Source: Haplodiscus bocki
Taxonomy: Eukaryota
Assembly: GCA_965655095.1 (NCBI GenBank)
Contig: OZ296649.1
Location: 69,130,001-69,194,000, forward strand
DNA: 64,000 nucleotides
Direction of reading: 5' to 3'
Position numbers and translations under genes: made by a program. The notes below the pieces were generated by a model that worked only from the letters and a program-made list of their open reading frames with translations, had not been told where the DNA came from and did not search any database. Below are positions 14,451 through 28,000 of this stretch, in pieces. The stretch's first letter is position 1. Each line of letters starts with the position of its first letter.

Positions 14451-14929
14451 AAACGTCAAAGTTGCGAGTTCACTATAAAAATTGTCAATGTAGCAAACTT
14501 TTTCATTGAGGATTTTGTTAAATTAGAAGGTTACCTTTTGGATCATGTACTTTTCTGTGGAGTGGAAGACGGAGAGTTTCCTGTCGAAAACAACGATCGA
14601 TCAATGATGTTCCATCTTGCAGTGGATGACTTGGAGACATTTAAATTGCTAATGAAATTCTTTCCTGGAAAAGTTGTAACTTTTGACGTTTACATTACCA
14701 CTGAAAATTTCAACGTTAGCTTCGCAGTGACGGTGGATTTTTTGGTTCTTCTCGTGAACAAGTCTTTCTTTTGCTGAGTTTCAGGATTGTTTCGAACGTT
14801 CAAGCTTGCTGCCGCTTCGCCAAAAGTGGTAAACGATTCGAGTTAAACAACTATCGGCTCATCGCGGACCTGGCAGCGTTGAGTAGAACGATACAATATG
14901 CTTTCTGCAGTCGTTTTGTCATCAATTTA

Positions 14930-15300
14930 GAGTCGTCAAAATTGCTGTTTGATAGACATTTTGGCTTTCGATTGCATCACGATACCATTTATGCTATGGT
15001 TGAGATCGCGAGAAATAATCAGTTGTGCATCAAATTTCATTTATAGCCTTCAGTTTTGGATTTTATAAAAACGTTTTTCACCATATTTTTTTCTACACAT
15101 CAGAGACTACTGTTATTTTATAGAATCCTGGGTGTAATGAACAATTAATAAAAATCGTATTTTTATAGCAGATGTTAAATAGCTATAGTTAACAGGTTCA
15201 TATGCGAGAGTTGCAAGAGTGAAGTTGGTTTCCCACAGGGTTTAGTAATTGGTCTTTGAATCTTCTGTTCGTTAAAGAACAACCAAAACATTTTATGGAA
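14930..15300 (+). mobile_element. LINE RT fragment
   Basis: HFGFRLHHDTIYAMVEI (QFGFR..HST motif), then LDF.K.F.TI. Confidence 0.55.
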
Positions 15301-16254
15301 AACAATTTTACTTCTTCGTTGATAATAGTTAATTGTTCATCATGGTACACCTTAAAGTGAATGAAAAGAAAAACTGGAGGGATTTCCAGCTTTGATAAAT
15401 GAATTGAAGTTCTTCGTAAGAGCGACGAAACAAAAAACAAAAAATATGATCTCGTGTTATGTGATTAAGTCATATCAGGTTCTAACTATATTGACTTATT
15501 GGGCAAAGTTCAAGATAACATTTTGAAATTCGGTTTCAAATTGATGTTGTCTTTGAAAAAATGAGCAACTATTAGTCTGTTTTTCTCCACATCTATTGAT
15601 TTGTGCAGAAAGTGTTTTCCTACGTCAACACACAGAAAAAGTCAATCAATTTATACAAAATGATCCACATATCTAAAAATCGATGTATTCAATTAAATTA
15701 ACAGCTGAAGTGCTGTTGCAAAAAAAAATAATAAGACTGACTTGTTTTCGAGATAGATATTCGCTTCTACAATATTTTCCGTGGAAGCAATCTTCTGATA
15801 GTTTGCTATTTTACACACTAGGCACTAGGACTCATCAAATACTTCTTCGAGTTTCTCAGAAGATCACAACGTTCCCATTACCTCAAGGTACTTTCAACCG
15901 ACCGAGTATCATCTCCCTTTCAAGCATGGAGAATGGGTAAGAGGGAGTTTATTGTTTGTAGGAAAAGCAGTTTAAAGCCCAATTCCTTCCTGAGGGGACC
16001 AGCCGATGAAATGTGTAATCAATTACTGCAGAGGGGATTGAACCCAGAAAATCCCTCGTTTTGAAGTGAGATACAACAATTTTTTCGTTAGTAACTTCGG
16101 ATGTGTTGTCATATCTCGAGAAGATTTTTCCTAGGTTCAAATTGTTGGGTTTTAGACGTGCTCGGGCCCCTCTACTAATTTATTTCTTTCACTCACTATT
16201 GCAATTACTTTTGTCCCCTTCGTCGCCGTCTTCGTCTCTGTCCGCTTTCTTCTA

Positions 16255-16300
16255 TTCTTCGTCTTATTCTTCTTCTTCTTCTTCTTCTTCTTCTCCTTCT
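16255..16300. repeat. (TCT)n microsatellite / pyrimidine tract
   Basis: A run of tct repeats is directly visible. Confidence 0.9.
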
Positions 16301-16529
16301 TTTTTTCCTTTTTGATTTTCTCGTTTTCGTCGTCACAGCTTTGAAAATGGGGTTATGTCTGCAGCAACGATATTTGTTATAATCTTATGTTAAACCTCTC
16401 TACAGAGGAAAAAGAACGAAAACGGATGCCAACATTTGGCCTGGAATTAGTTTTTTATCGTGTTTGTAAAATTTTTACTGGTGTTTTTTTCGAAAGATTG
16501 GACGTCGGGACAGATGAAGTTCTATGAAC

Positions 16530-17250
16530 TTAACAATTCGGCTTTTTGAAGGCAAATCAACAAGTGATACCGTGTCAACTCTGCGGGACAAACTTCTCAC
16601 GGTTGTCAATTTTGATAGAATATAATATCCATGTTTTTCTTTACTTAAAGAAGTCTTCGATACCGTCAACAGGAAACTTCTACATGAAACGTTTACTCGT
16701 TCTGGATTATATGGGAAAATGTTGCGGAAACGACGAGCAGTGTGCAACACGAATCACAAGTAATTCTTTGACAGTTGGCCTTTTTCCAGTGAAAGTGAAC
16801 AATCCAGGGGCTTGGCTCAAGGCGATACGCTATCTCCACTACTTTTCAGTTTATACATCGCTGACATGTAATGCTTTTTCCACGACCATACCTGTGACAT
16901 TGTTTTTTAAGCGGCTGATTTGATTATTGACAGCAACGACCATGTTTCCTTACAAAGTTCTCTAAGAGATTTTGTTGCTGAGTCTGATAGAAAACGAAAA
17001 TTTAATGTAAAAACAGAAGCTATGAATTTCAGAAGAGGAGGGCAACACACAACAAGTCAGACAAAAACACAACTGAATCCTGAAAAATAAAGTTTCCTGC
17101 AGCAACGGACTACGCCACAGATTTTGCCTAAAGGTAACGTGCTGCAAGTTAGATATAAATTCTGTTGAAAGCTGTTGTAAATTACGCTGCCATTATAGAC
17201 GCAGAACACATTTTGAGCTGCTATTCCGTTATATGCTATAGTTCCCCGAC
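16530..17250 (+). mobile_element. Decayed LINE reverse transcriptase fragment
   Basis: QFGF..KSTSD, then VFL.L.K.FDTVN, then RGLAQGDTLSPLLFSLY (~16805-16857), across frameshifts. Confidence 0.7.
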
Positions 17251-17335
17251 TAATAGAATTTGGCATGGGCAATATTTTTGATAGAATTAGTTAAAGTCTA
17301 TTTATTCGTGCACGTGTCTACATATATATTCTTTT

Positions 17336-17484
17336 NNNNNNNNNNNNNNNNNNNNNNNNNNNNNNNNNNNNNNNNNNNNNNNNNNNNNNNNNNNNNNNNN
17401 NNNNNNNNNNNNNNNNNNNNNNNNNNNNNNNNNNNNNNNNNNNNNNNNNNNNNNNNNNNNNNNNNNNNNNNNNNNNNNNNNNNN
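17336..17484. other. Assembly gap (149 N)
   Basis: Run of n characters. Confidence 1.
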
Positions 17485-17582
17485 TCTTCCTTCCTGGTCC
17501 TAATCACACTTCGGTTCACAGGCTTTTGCGGGCCTCTCCCGGTTCGATCTCTACTCGCTACTTTTTAATTGAGAAAAAGAAA

Positions 17583-17652
17583 AGTGTTAGACTCGAACCT
17601 AGGGATTATGGCATAGCAGTTGAACGCTGTACTGATTTGGCCATCGCGGCTT
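17583..17652 (-). repeat. tRNA-derived SINE head or tRNA pseudogene
   Basis: Minus strand AGCCGCGATGGCCAAATCAGTA...GGTTCGAGTCT has A-box and B-box at tRNA spacing, but the stems are imperfect. Confidence 0.5.
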
Positions 17653-17821
17653 GAGAATCGATTCTCTCATTTTTCCAGCGAAGGAATTTTGGAAATCCTG
17701 ACTTGTTTTTCGTTTCTGCAAATGTAAGCTTACCAGAGCTTACCTTGGCCTCCAAGTCCTAATATCGAAACAGGGTATGCTTATCGAGTCTCTGACTCCG
17801 AGCCCCTTAACAAAAAAAAAT

Positions 17822-20800
17822 ATGTCAAAACATATTACCAGAGATCGAACCAAATCAACACCTGATTGCTGGAAAACGTGTTGCGAAACTATCGCAAAAA
17901 CGAGAGCCACTTCGAGTGCTTCGTATGTGGCTGTCGAATGAAACTTACAAAACAGTGCGCGTACCTCAACGAGGACGGAATCAAAGGAACCATGGCACTT
18001 GGGGGAAAACGCCTTCCCAGTGTGTAACGAATGCGTGGATGACCAACAGCCCGAAAAATTCATCAAGGAATCAGAAAGGAAAAGTGAGCAAAACTATCAA
18101 CTACAAAAAAATGAGAAAGAAATGGCTGACCTGAAAAGCTCTGTCTCTGAAATCAAAAATCCTCATGACCCAAAACGTACTCGCAGACACGTCAGGCACC
18201 GAGATCGCTCAGAGTGCAATAAGGACCACCACTGTTAAAGAGAACTTGCTCGGGATTCGAATCAGAGGAATCCCCGAATCCAAAAATGATGGTCGCTGCC
18301 GGCAAGGCCACGACTTTAATGCAGCTCAAAAGGTCTTGGAACACATCAACATTGAAGCAGCATTGTAACGCGACTCGGCGAATACCATACAAACAGAACT
18401 GGGACACCTCTCCTCAAAGTGCCCAACCCATACCAAAGACGCATAATTTTCGTATCAACCCTTAAACTGCAATCTTTTCGGGGAACCGTTTTCTTGAGCC
18501 GCCAACTATCTAAAGAACAAGCAGAACCCGAGACCCTGGCTCTCATCAGGATACCCGAACTGTTACAGCTAGGTGCAAACCCAAGAAGCCTAAGAGTTCA
18601 CGACGCTGTTGTATACATTCGTGACGGCAACATATGGACACCTGACGATGAAAACGGTAACAAGTTGGGCACTCGTGCTACCTGATTCTCTATGGTCCTC
18701 AGTATACTTGTGTTCAACACAAGAAGCATTCTTGACTACCACAGAGGAATTGCCTTCTCAAACGCTGTTGAAACCAAAAACTGCTACCATATCATCTGCT
18801 TCACTGACACTTGGCGAACGCAACACATAACAGACTCTGGACAATTCCTACCAAGCTCTGAGGTACACAGAAAAAACATCCCCGTTGACAGCGGCAACAC
18901 AGTACACGGGGGTGTGCTAGTTGCTGCTACCTAAAACGTACCTAACAATGAAATCGTAACTGACTTCCAAGACTGCTTAATCATCTTTCTTAACCTAAGT
19001 ATACCAATGTTTTTTGCTACCTCTATAGTGGCCCAAAAACTAGACGCTATTCATGGACGACTGATCACTTTCAGGAAATTATCACACTCTTCTGAATAAC
19101 CCAAATCTGACGCAATGCTGCCCAGATCTGCATTGTAGGGGACATCAGTTTTGATACCACTCACTGGCCAAAAATGATCTCATCCTCTGCATAAGAACAA
19201 TTGATAGTCAACGTCTTTGTGTAATGAATTTCCAACAACTTTTTATTAGCCCCACAGCGAAAAGTCTGGACGTCTTTGTTTGCAACAAACCGCAAAAAAT
19301 CATCAGACTAAACGTTGATAACCAAATGAAACATCTCTTCTCATCTGACCACTCCCATTATTTTGTCTAAGGCAGCACAGACTTCCAACCGTACCATGAA
19401 CTCAAACCCCTTCGCAAGCTTTAACATGATTTCGCATCATTTGGGTACAAAAAAGAAAGCTGGAACGAAATCAACGAGTTTATAATTGCTCACCCTTTTG
19501 ACTCTTACTGCAAAAGCAACGTAGAACTAATCGTAGCCCTCTGGTACGAATGGCTCTATGAGAGTGTGCAAGATTTTTTCTTCTCATCACAACTAAGCAC
19601 AGCGTTACTTTAGCACCTTGCGTCAAAAACGAATCGTCTCGTTCAATAAAAAACCTCAACACTTCGCCGAAGAGCTGCAGAAGAAGAAGCAAACCTGCCT
19701 GAAGGCCAAAGTTGAAGAAACTCGGACAAAATTGACATTATCATTACAAAATGAACAGTTCAACCACGAAACAAAATTGCTCCACGAGGCCGATTTCTAG
19801 ACCATGCAGAGGTACTTGAATTCAATTTCAAAGGCAAAGGATACACCATCCAACATCCGCTTGGAACAGAACTTTTCCAAAAATGACTCTGAAAAAGCTG
19901 AATTATACAATCAGTACGTTCAATCTGCCTTTTCGCAAAAGGATTACCAAGTCCAAATAGACCAGGAAAAGGATCCAAAATCTGAAGTGCCTTCACTTCT
20001 CTCCAAGTGAAATTAAAACAATAATCTTCAAACCAGACGTAAACAAGCCGCTCGGCGCCGAGCATATCAGCAATCCACTCCTCGAAAACCTCGCTGAGTC
20101 GTTACTGAAATCCATGGGCATGGTTCTTGTTAATATCGCAAACAAAACTATTTTCCCGGTAAAATGGAAAATGAGTGTCATAGTTCCAATTTTCAAAGCA
20201 GGTGATAAACAAAAGGCAGCAAAAAACACGCCCATTGGCCTTCTAGAGGAGGTCTCCAAAATGCTAGAAAAACTATTTTTCGATCGTCTGTCACCTTCTC
20301 AAAGCTATCACCGAATCAGCTTGGTTTCAAGCCGAAGAGATCTAGCACCTCAAATCTCATCGAATTCTTCCACCATCTGTATACTCAACTTGATTCACCA
20401 AACTGCTCAAGTTTAACTGCTTTGTAAATCAACTTCCAGAAAGCCTTTGACAAGGTTTCCCAATAAAGACTTCTCGAAAAACTGTCAATTTTTCGTAACT
20501 AAAACAATTGCCCCAACCTAATAATGAGCTACCTAAAACAACGGAAACGAAGTGAAAGATCAAATATCAAGCAAACTTCAAGTGCTGAGCGGGCTCCTAC
20601 AAAGATCCTCGCTCGGCCCTTTCTTCTTCCTTTTCTACAGCAAACGACTCGCCCGACATCATAATGTCAACCAACTTTCGCTTTTCAGATGACTTCAAAA
20701 TCATTGCAGAAAATGCGGTTACATTAGACATCCATGTTAGACGAATTTATAATTGGTGTTTCGACAACTTCGTATCAATGAACTTTGCAAAAAGCAATTA

Positions 20801-21578
20801 TCTCGCGATAAAATGGTGCGCTACAGTGTTACCGACCAAATACATTTTCGGAATAGATGAGACAATGAAAGACCTCGGAGTTTTATGGTCTGAAAAACTC
20901 TCAAGGTCGCCTCATGCTATGAAAAGAACAGGGACAGCTATAAAAGCCTTTTACACTCTTGAACAAAACATATCAAAAGCTACAAGCTACACTTGTCGAT
21001 CGAAAAAATGCATGTGTCTCTGATGTTGTTTCAGTCGTTAGCTACGCATCGGCCTTATGGGTGCCCAACAAGGAAGAACTAAGCGTAATCGAAATAGTGC
21101 AGCAGAAAGCTGTAGCCGGGATACTGGGACCAGGCGGCTTCACTTACAAGGAGAAATGGGTTACCTTGGATATTTTACCTCTCTCATTATACCAAGAACT
21201 CCACGTAATCCTTTTACTTGCCAGAATCATGAACGGTAAGATCGACATAGACTGGACGAAACATATGTCAAGGTTAGACTACGGAGGCACAAGAAAGTCA
21301 CAAACTGGCAACTTCGCCGCCAGGACCTTGAGACTCAAAAAAAATGTAAATTTGACTTCTGGTTCCGAGACTGCCAGCTAGCCAACCCCTTCAACGACTA
21401 TTTCGAAGAAGACTTTCCCATCCCGAACCACAAAATCAAACCTCTCAAAAACGAAACAGCCTTTTTCCGGCAAATCGACAGGGAAATGAATCCCTGCACC
21501 TGGCGATTATTTTGTGACTGCAGCGTTTGTAAAGAAACAAAGAAACTGAAAAAACTCGAAATACCACTGCATTAGTAA
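17822..21578 (+). mobile_element. Near full-length decayed CR1/L2-clade LINE (ORF1 PHD/coiled-coil/RRM; ORF2 APE-RT)
   Basis: ORF1 has a Cys-rich segment (PVCNEC), a coiled coil and IRIRGIPE. ORF2 has LVFNTRSI, IICFTDTW, GGVLVA, SDH (~19344), FQKAFD (~20434), FSDDFKI (~20682) and C-terminal WRLFCDCSVC. Many stops and frameshifts. Confidence 0.9.
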
Positions 21579-22659
21579 AAGAACATGCATACGAACGGGT
21601 TTTTACCAAACCCCTTGATATTGTCCTTAATCTTTTTATTATTCTTCTTATTATTATTTTTGTCAATTTTTTCTATCATTCCTATTGTTGTAGCGAAGCA
21701 AAATTTCGGCTCTGTGTGAACAGTCTCGCAAGTGAAGATGGATAAACCCGCTGCCGTTTTTCCATCTAATCGCTTATTATCCAAATCAAAATCTTTTGAG
21801 ATACGTACTCTTTGGGGTCCGTTTTTAGACATTTGTCCTCTCAGACATTTGCTGCGTCTAAGTTTAGCAAAGGTGTAAATTTACGGAATTTTTCAGCCGG
21901 CTGCTTTTATTGCAATCTATTGTATAATTCAATCGACTTCCTTCTTTGGTTCGTAACTTCACTCTCCTTAATCTGCACCTCGGATATCTGCCGTTAACGT
22001 CCATATTGTAACGGTGCGAATTCGTTGAATTGCTGAATCGATTGCCCGCTTTTAGGTTGAGAAGTCAAACGCTGTAAAGAAATGGAATTCAAATCTGTCG
22101 TCTGTCATTTGTCATTTTGGTTAGTTTTGGAAGTTTCACCACTTTGAAGTAACTGTGGCTCGATTATCCGCCATAAAAAGTTGAAAAAAGTCATCAGCCA
22201 TTGAGAAACGAGAAAAGTCATCAGCCATTTAAAAAAATCTCACTTTTTACACATTTTTTTTGTGTTTGTGTTCTGTATACCCACTATGAATTTCATCGGA
22301 GGGGTGTCGTGAATGTCACTGGTTGATTTATCGTTCAAGCAAGGGTGTGTCACGGAAAAGATGGGTTTTAGTTTTGGGGCTGTCGTCTTTTTCCGTAAAT
22401 TTTTCAGTTTTTCCAAGAGTATGGCGAATGTAAATTCTAGCTCTTGTTGTTGTAGTTTTATCACTGGTTTGTGTAACAGTTCTGCAGTCAGCTCAAAAAT
22501 TGGTTGGAAAAATATCAGTAATCTCTGAATTATTCGTTCCAGCTGCGCGAGTAGCCCATTTTCACTCTTGCGCAAGCAAGCGTTCTATTACAGGCTTCTA
22601 CATTTTTCCGATCCTGTCATTACTACTACAACTTCGTGGATTTTTACCAACGAGAAGAG

Positions 22660-22732
22660 GGAGTGTCATAGGCTCGAACCTGGCACCTTTTGCGACGCAG
22701 TCGCAAGGTTTATTGACTGTTACCTTGCCGCT
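22660..22732 (-). repeat. tRNA-derived repeat or pseudogene
   Basis: The minus strand has a B-box-like CAGGTTCGAGCCT and an anticodon-like hairpin TTGCGAC-TGC-GTCGCAA. It is not a clean cloverleaf. Confidence 0.4.
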
Positions 22733-23248
22733 TCAGAATCAGTGTTTTCAATCGAAATATCTAGAGCTATATAACTGAAATAGCGTTTCTTACTTGTAAT
22801 TGTACATTAATGTTGAATCAACTGAGTTTCTTTACACTTGCTATCAATAGTATTCGTAGTTTTTTGAACCGTTCAAAAATCAATCATAGTCGATTTTTTT
22901 AACCAGTATTCCGTTAGTGCAAGTGTTGCGAAGCACAGCTTTGCTTCTGTTCAAAGTATTGTGTTAACTGAAATCAACTTCAAACATTAGATGATTCTTT
23001 TTTGTCGATTCATCAAATTTCTAGTTGAAAGATCCCTTTGGTCGTATCGAAACGAATTCTTGCATCTATTTTTTGGTTATTTCTCAAGATGATGCCTAGG
23101 TTTAATTGACATTGCTTATCAATTACCACACTGATCTTTTAAATCGATAAATATACTTTTTTCTCTATTTCAAAGAAATCTTCGATGTGTTTCTTCTTTT
23201 CTCAATTTGTCAAAAAGCTGATGCAGTCAATGTTTTTTCCAGACGGCT

Positions 23249-23379
23249 ATGGGAAACACTTCATCGAAACGCGATAGACTCGAATCTTCTTCGTGTCCAT
23301 TTGAACCTGCAAACCAATTAGCCTTTGAGATGCAGCTCAAATCCTATTTGGATGAAGGAGTGGAATCACCCCGTAGAAG
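23249..23379 (+). CDS. PRKAB: AMP-activated protein kinase beta subunit, first coding exon (N-myristoylation motif)
   Basis: MGNTSSKRD... matches the AMPK-beta1 N-terminus MGNTSS. It is preceded by the acceptor TTTTTTCCAG (ends 23242). The donor AG|GTTCAA at 23380 is phase 2, which matches the acceptor at 31104. Confidence 0.75.
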
Positions 23380-24149
23380 GTTCAACTTTTCACTTTTCTC
23401 CGAATCCGTTTTTGTCTCTTTCTCAGAAGTGGAGGAATTTCAAAGAAATATCCTTTTATGTTCAATAGGTGCTTGTCCGGCCCGCTGTCCTTATACCTGT
23501 AAATTTGAATTTATGATAAACTTAAATTTATTAAATAGTGTTTCACGCAGGACATGGTGTTCTGAGGTCCGTTTTACTAGGTGTCCCTTATTACCAGGGG
23601 TTTTCAGAAATCGGTCGGATTTGTGGTTTCTTACTGGACCTGTTCTAAGGTATTCGAAGAGTTCTTAAATTATTGGACTCCGGGAAATGACCTGATCGAA
23701 GATCAGAATAGAACTTATGAATTTGTGAAGAGTGGTAGAAAAAGTGATCGTACAAGAGTTCTGAAGCTTCCTGTCGGAGATAACCATCTGTTACTTCAAA
23801 AGTTTTCCTGTAGGATTCCACCTGGAGTAACTGAACTCCCTATCCCCCTCCATCAACCCCTCCCTATACTTTAACAGCGAAAACATTTATCTCAACGGAA
23901 ACGGTCTAAATAACTGGAGGAACGGCGTCATCAAAAAGGTTTTGTACGGTGACTATAATAGGGATCCTAATCGAGCAAGGAAGCAAGAGGTCTTCACGTG
24001 TCGTTGCGACAATTTTGCCTGCGTGTGCAAACCCTGGAACACCAGGGGATAGTAGTAGCAGCAGCCAGTTCAACCCCCAATATCAAATTAAGCAGGATCA
24101 AGTGATAACACGGCACCTTGCAAAACGAGCCGTAGGTCTTGCTACTCAT

Positions 24150-27100
24150 GCATGACAAAGATAAAGGGCAAACGGTTCGGCTGCATCTTTCGTTCCATCA
24201 TATTGCACTTAACTGAAGTACCGGGTTTGACAAACAATACTATTGAGGTCCTCTCTATGATGGATTATCTAAGATACATGTGCAACAGTTGCACACCGAC
24301 GTTAACAGCACCAGATGACAACATCAGAGCTTAACAGAAGGAAGTCAAAGAGAAACCCCAAAATATGTACAGAAGAGTGAAGAAGCACTCGCAGGATATG
24401 CAGATATCGTTCAGGCCCTTTGAAAGCCTGGCAAACCACTTGAAAAAGTTGAATCCATCCGCCTCTATGAACTTCGGGCAGGCTTTTGCATATGTTTATC
24501 TAGGAGAAAGCAGTACAATTGTACCAACCGTCCGAGAAGACACTGAGATTATGGATGAGAGGAATTGTTGAATGTGAAGGTGGCATCGCAGACAAAAGAC
24601 TGAATAACGACATGGAGTGCATCGAGAAGGTACTGAAGTTTGAAGTTTGTGAATGTCAATGAGAAGCCAATCAGAGTAAATCGAGCCCGGAAGTATGGCA
24701 AATCCAGAAAGTGGACAAGCATAGTCGGCGTGAACTCCGGAGAAAACTGATTTCGTCCAAAAGTTAGCCGAAAACCTGAAACTGTCCAAGGTTTTCGAAA
24801 CTACCGTATAAGTCAGCGCAAAATTAACCCTGGAGATCCCAAAGAAGACCATGAAGTACTCAAACTTTGAAGACAATGGCTAATTGAAGCGAAATTCGAG
24901 TCGAATGACCTGCGAATACGGGATTTCAAATCGCGAATCAAAGAGTCCGGTGTATGGGCAGACGACTGAAACCAGATGATCCTGATTAGAAATCGGAAAA
25001 TGAATCATTACTAAGCTCAACACTAGAGAAACTGCTGATATTGCTCACTCTGAACAGGCAGAGCTTGTTGGGTTCAAACCGATTAGTCAAATTAGCCAAT
25101 TATATCCTGTCCAGTGGTTCCTTTGTATTACCGAAGCGTGGCTGACTAGTTTTCGGGTTCCAGACGTGGTCGAGTTCCAATAACTGTTCGCATGATAGGC
25201 CTTTTGAGCGATTTGCAACTGATTTCGGACGAGGGGATTGCGTAATTATCTGTTTAATGCTGGAGGAGGTTAGTATTACCCTATTCTCTATTTACATTGC
25301 CCCTTTACCAGTAACCATCAATGGCCATCGATGAAGTACAAAATTTCATCCATATTCTAATGGCAAACAAAGGTGACCGAGGCTTTGACTCGGATATTGT
25401 AACTTGAGGCCTGGACGTCTCGCAGACCCACTGGAAATTGTTGACATCGGGTATCAATGGCCGTCGAGGAAGTAGAAATTTTCGTCCTTATTCTTATGGC
25501 AAACAAAAATGACCGAGGCTTTGACTCGAATACTGTAACTTGAGGCCTGGACGTCTCGCAGACCGACTGGAAATTGTTGACATCAGGTAACGTCTGAGAG
25601 CCAAATGTCGAAATTGATTGCCCCCGTTTTTTCTCAGAGCATTTTTCAAGAGTCAGTGGTAAACAACTGGACATGCTATCAACAACGAATGTTCAACTTA
25701 TTTTAAACTTCTCAGTTGACTTTGATCTGAGTGAAAGTTCAAGTATCAATAACAAGAAGTGCTTCAAAAACAGCCCCAACGGATTGTGCGGCAAAGTGTC
25801 CCTGAACTCCAGCCGAGACTGCCCATATTATCTATCCGTACAAAAAACGGACTACAACGCACTGAACAAAAGCATAGTGGACAGGTGCAACCCGTACTGC
25901 TTCAGCGTGCTAGACAACCTGATGAATCCTCGGTATCAATGCCGTACAGAGCGCATGGACGGAACGATCCCCAATATAACGCAATGCAGATCCCACCTTG
26001 GATCAAAAGATCAACTTCTCATTTGATGAATAAGATTCTAACGCTGAAGAGGAAGTTCCCGGACAAACTGAATCTGAAAAGAGCCATTAGAGTGAAACAG
26101 GCTAACAGAAAACTTGGAAAAAATTGAGGAGCTGTCTGTGTTTGAGGCCAGGGTGTTCGCGGGTAGACGCATCAGAGACATAAATGTATCTGGCTGGTAT
26201 AAAGAGTCCTTGCATTCCCAATATAGTGTACTTCGAAGGTCAAGAGACATCACGTAAATTCAGAAAGGGGAATTTATCCAATGAATTCTTTCTGGGAGTC
26301 TTCACCAGACTCGGCCAATTTCATGAAATACTACCTTTCGAAGTGAGAGTAATAACAAAGTTGAATTTCAGGGTTCCAATGTCTCCGAAGTGCCTACTTA
26401 ACTTGACCTCAACAGAGCCACAGGCTCAGACGAAAACGAAATTTTTTTCTGAAAGACTGCAGAAACGTTTTTGAAGTCATTTCCACTGATCTTTCAAACG
26501 TGTCTGAACTAAGGGAGATCCCCTCAAGTATGGAAAGACAGCATTAGCACGCCAATTTCCAAAGATGAGTCCAGCGCCTGCCAACTGCTACAGGCCCATA
26601 ATTTTTTCTGCATTGTCTCGAGATTTTAGGAAGAGCAATTTTTAACACTATCATCATGTTGAACCGCAACTGAACCAAAATTAATATGATTTTTTGAACG
26701 GAAGATCTGTTGCTTTGCATATGCTACATTTTCTTGACAGTATATATCAGTTTAAAAATCTGAACGAAATTAACGAGCGCACATTTTTTTACACAGACTT
26801 CGCAAAAGCGTTCGATACTCTGCCCCACCTAGAAGTTATTTAAAAATTGAAGTTGCATGGTATCGGTGGTCACCTACTCCAACTCATCGCTTCTCACCCG
26901 ACAGAGAAATCAGTCTATAAGCATGTGGTTGTCAAGATTAAGCGGTGAAATAGTGATGAAAAGTGGAGTCCCAGAAGGTTCAATACTTGGACGCCTCCTG
27001 TTTCTTACCCATAAGAACTTCCTACCGAACTGAGTTGCAATTTACATTACTTTTGGATTTATGGACTTTAAATTAATTGCCACTGCAATTACTCGACTAA

Positions 27101-28000
27101 AACACGGTGTCTGCAGTATAAGAAAGCTGGTGTAATGAGAACGGCGTGAGACTGAAAGAAGATAAACGCAAACTAATCAACAATAAAGGCACCTTGACTG
27201 CGAAACTAAACAGCAAAGAATTTCAAGCCACAATAAGCCAGACTTTGGCCTGACTGTCTGTGGAAATTCTAATTGGAGTGAAAACTGTCATCAGAGAACC
27301 AGGATAGCGCTCGAGGCATTGTTCACACAATTGAAGGGAAGCTATCTTATCTAATCTCAAAAGAGACCAGATCAAACGCCTACGCAAAGTATTTTGTGCC
27401 CATTTTGGCGGACACATGTGCAGTCTGGACCCTTGTGAAAAGCAAGTTGTAAAAGCTGGAGCAATTACAACGTAAAGCAACCAAGTGGATCCTCGGGTCC
27501 AATGAAGAGTAAAAATCCCACTCAATGCAGCCAGATTATTGCCAGTCTCAATGAGTTAAACTTCATGTTGCCTTACTGTACCAGCCACTTCTTGAGAGAT
27601 ATCAATTAAATGGAAAATTCCGGAAGCACGCAGACAGAACGGGACATTCGGGAGATCAGACAAGCGGTCAGAGGAGAACTTAAGATCTCCAGACAATCAG
27701 TCAAAGGGGAACTTACGATCACCAAAACTAGGTTAAGAATAAGCGGCCAATTTTTGTTCTCGAGAGGACGATTACTGTATTAAACTATTCTGAGAGAGTT
27801 CTCTAAAACGGATTGAATGTGAAACAGGAAGAGCGCAGCTGAAAGCTATGAGAACTACCGTGAGAACTACAACGAGGACCAATCATGCTCTTGGCAAATC
27901 TGGTTTACTTATGGCAACTGCATCCATGACAAACTTTGACTGGACCAGGTCAAGAAGGGCAGACACCCGCGTGTTAAACCAGAATTCCTCTACTATTACA
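24150..28000 (+). mobile_element. Decayed CR1/L2-type LINE inside AMPK-beta intron 1
   Basis: ORF1 PHD-like GCIFRSIILH...PGL...YMCNSC (~24180-24292). RT motifs DFAKAFD (~26796) and GVPEGSILG (~26965). The C-terminal W..C..C remnant is similar to the LINE at 17822. Confidence 0.75.
25317..25589. repeat. 136-bp tandem duplication (2 copies)
   Basis: Units start ATCAATGGCC at 25317 and 25453 and share ...GAGGCTTTGACTCG...GAGGCCTGGACGTCTCGCAGACC...GGAAATTGTTGACATC. Confidence 0.9.

Noticed and set aside
17260-17568. ORFs spanning the N run
   Set aside because: Artefacts of translating the assembly gap.
17583-17652. Functional tRNA genes (also at 22660, 35415 and 62344)
   Set aside because: A and B boxes are present, but acceptor and D stems do not pair properly; treated as tRNA-derived repeats.
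23380-23668. 139-aa ORF 23249-23668 as a complete single-exon gene
   Set aside because: Only the first 131 nt resemble AMPK-beta; the rest is best explained as read-through into the intron.
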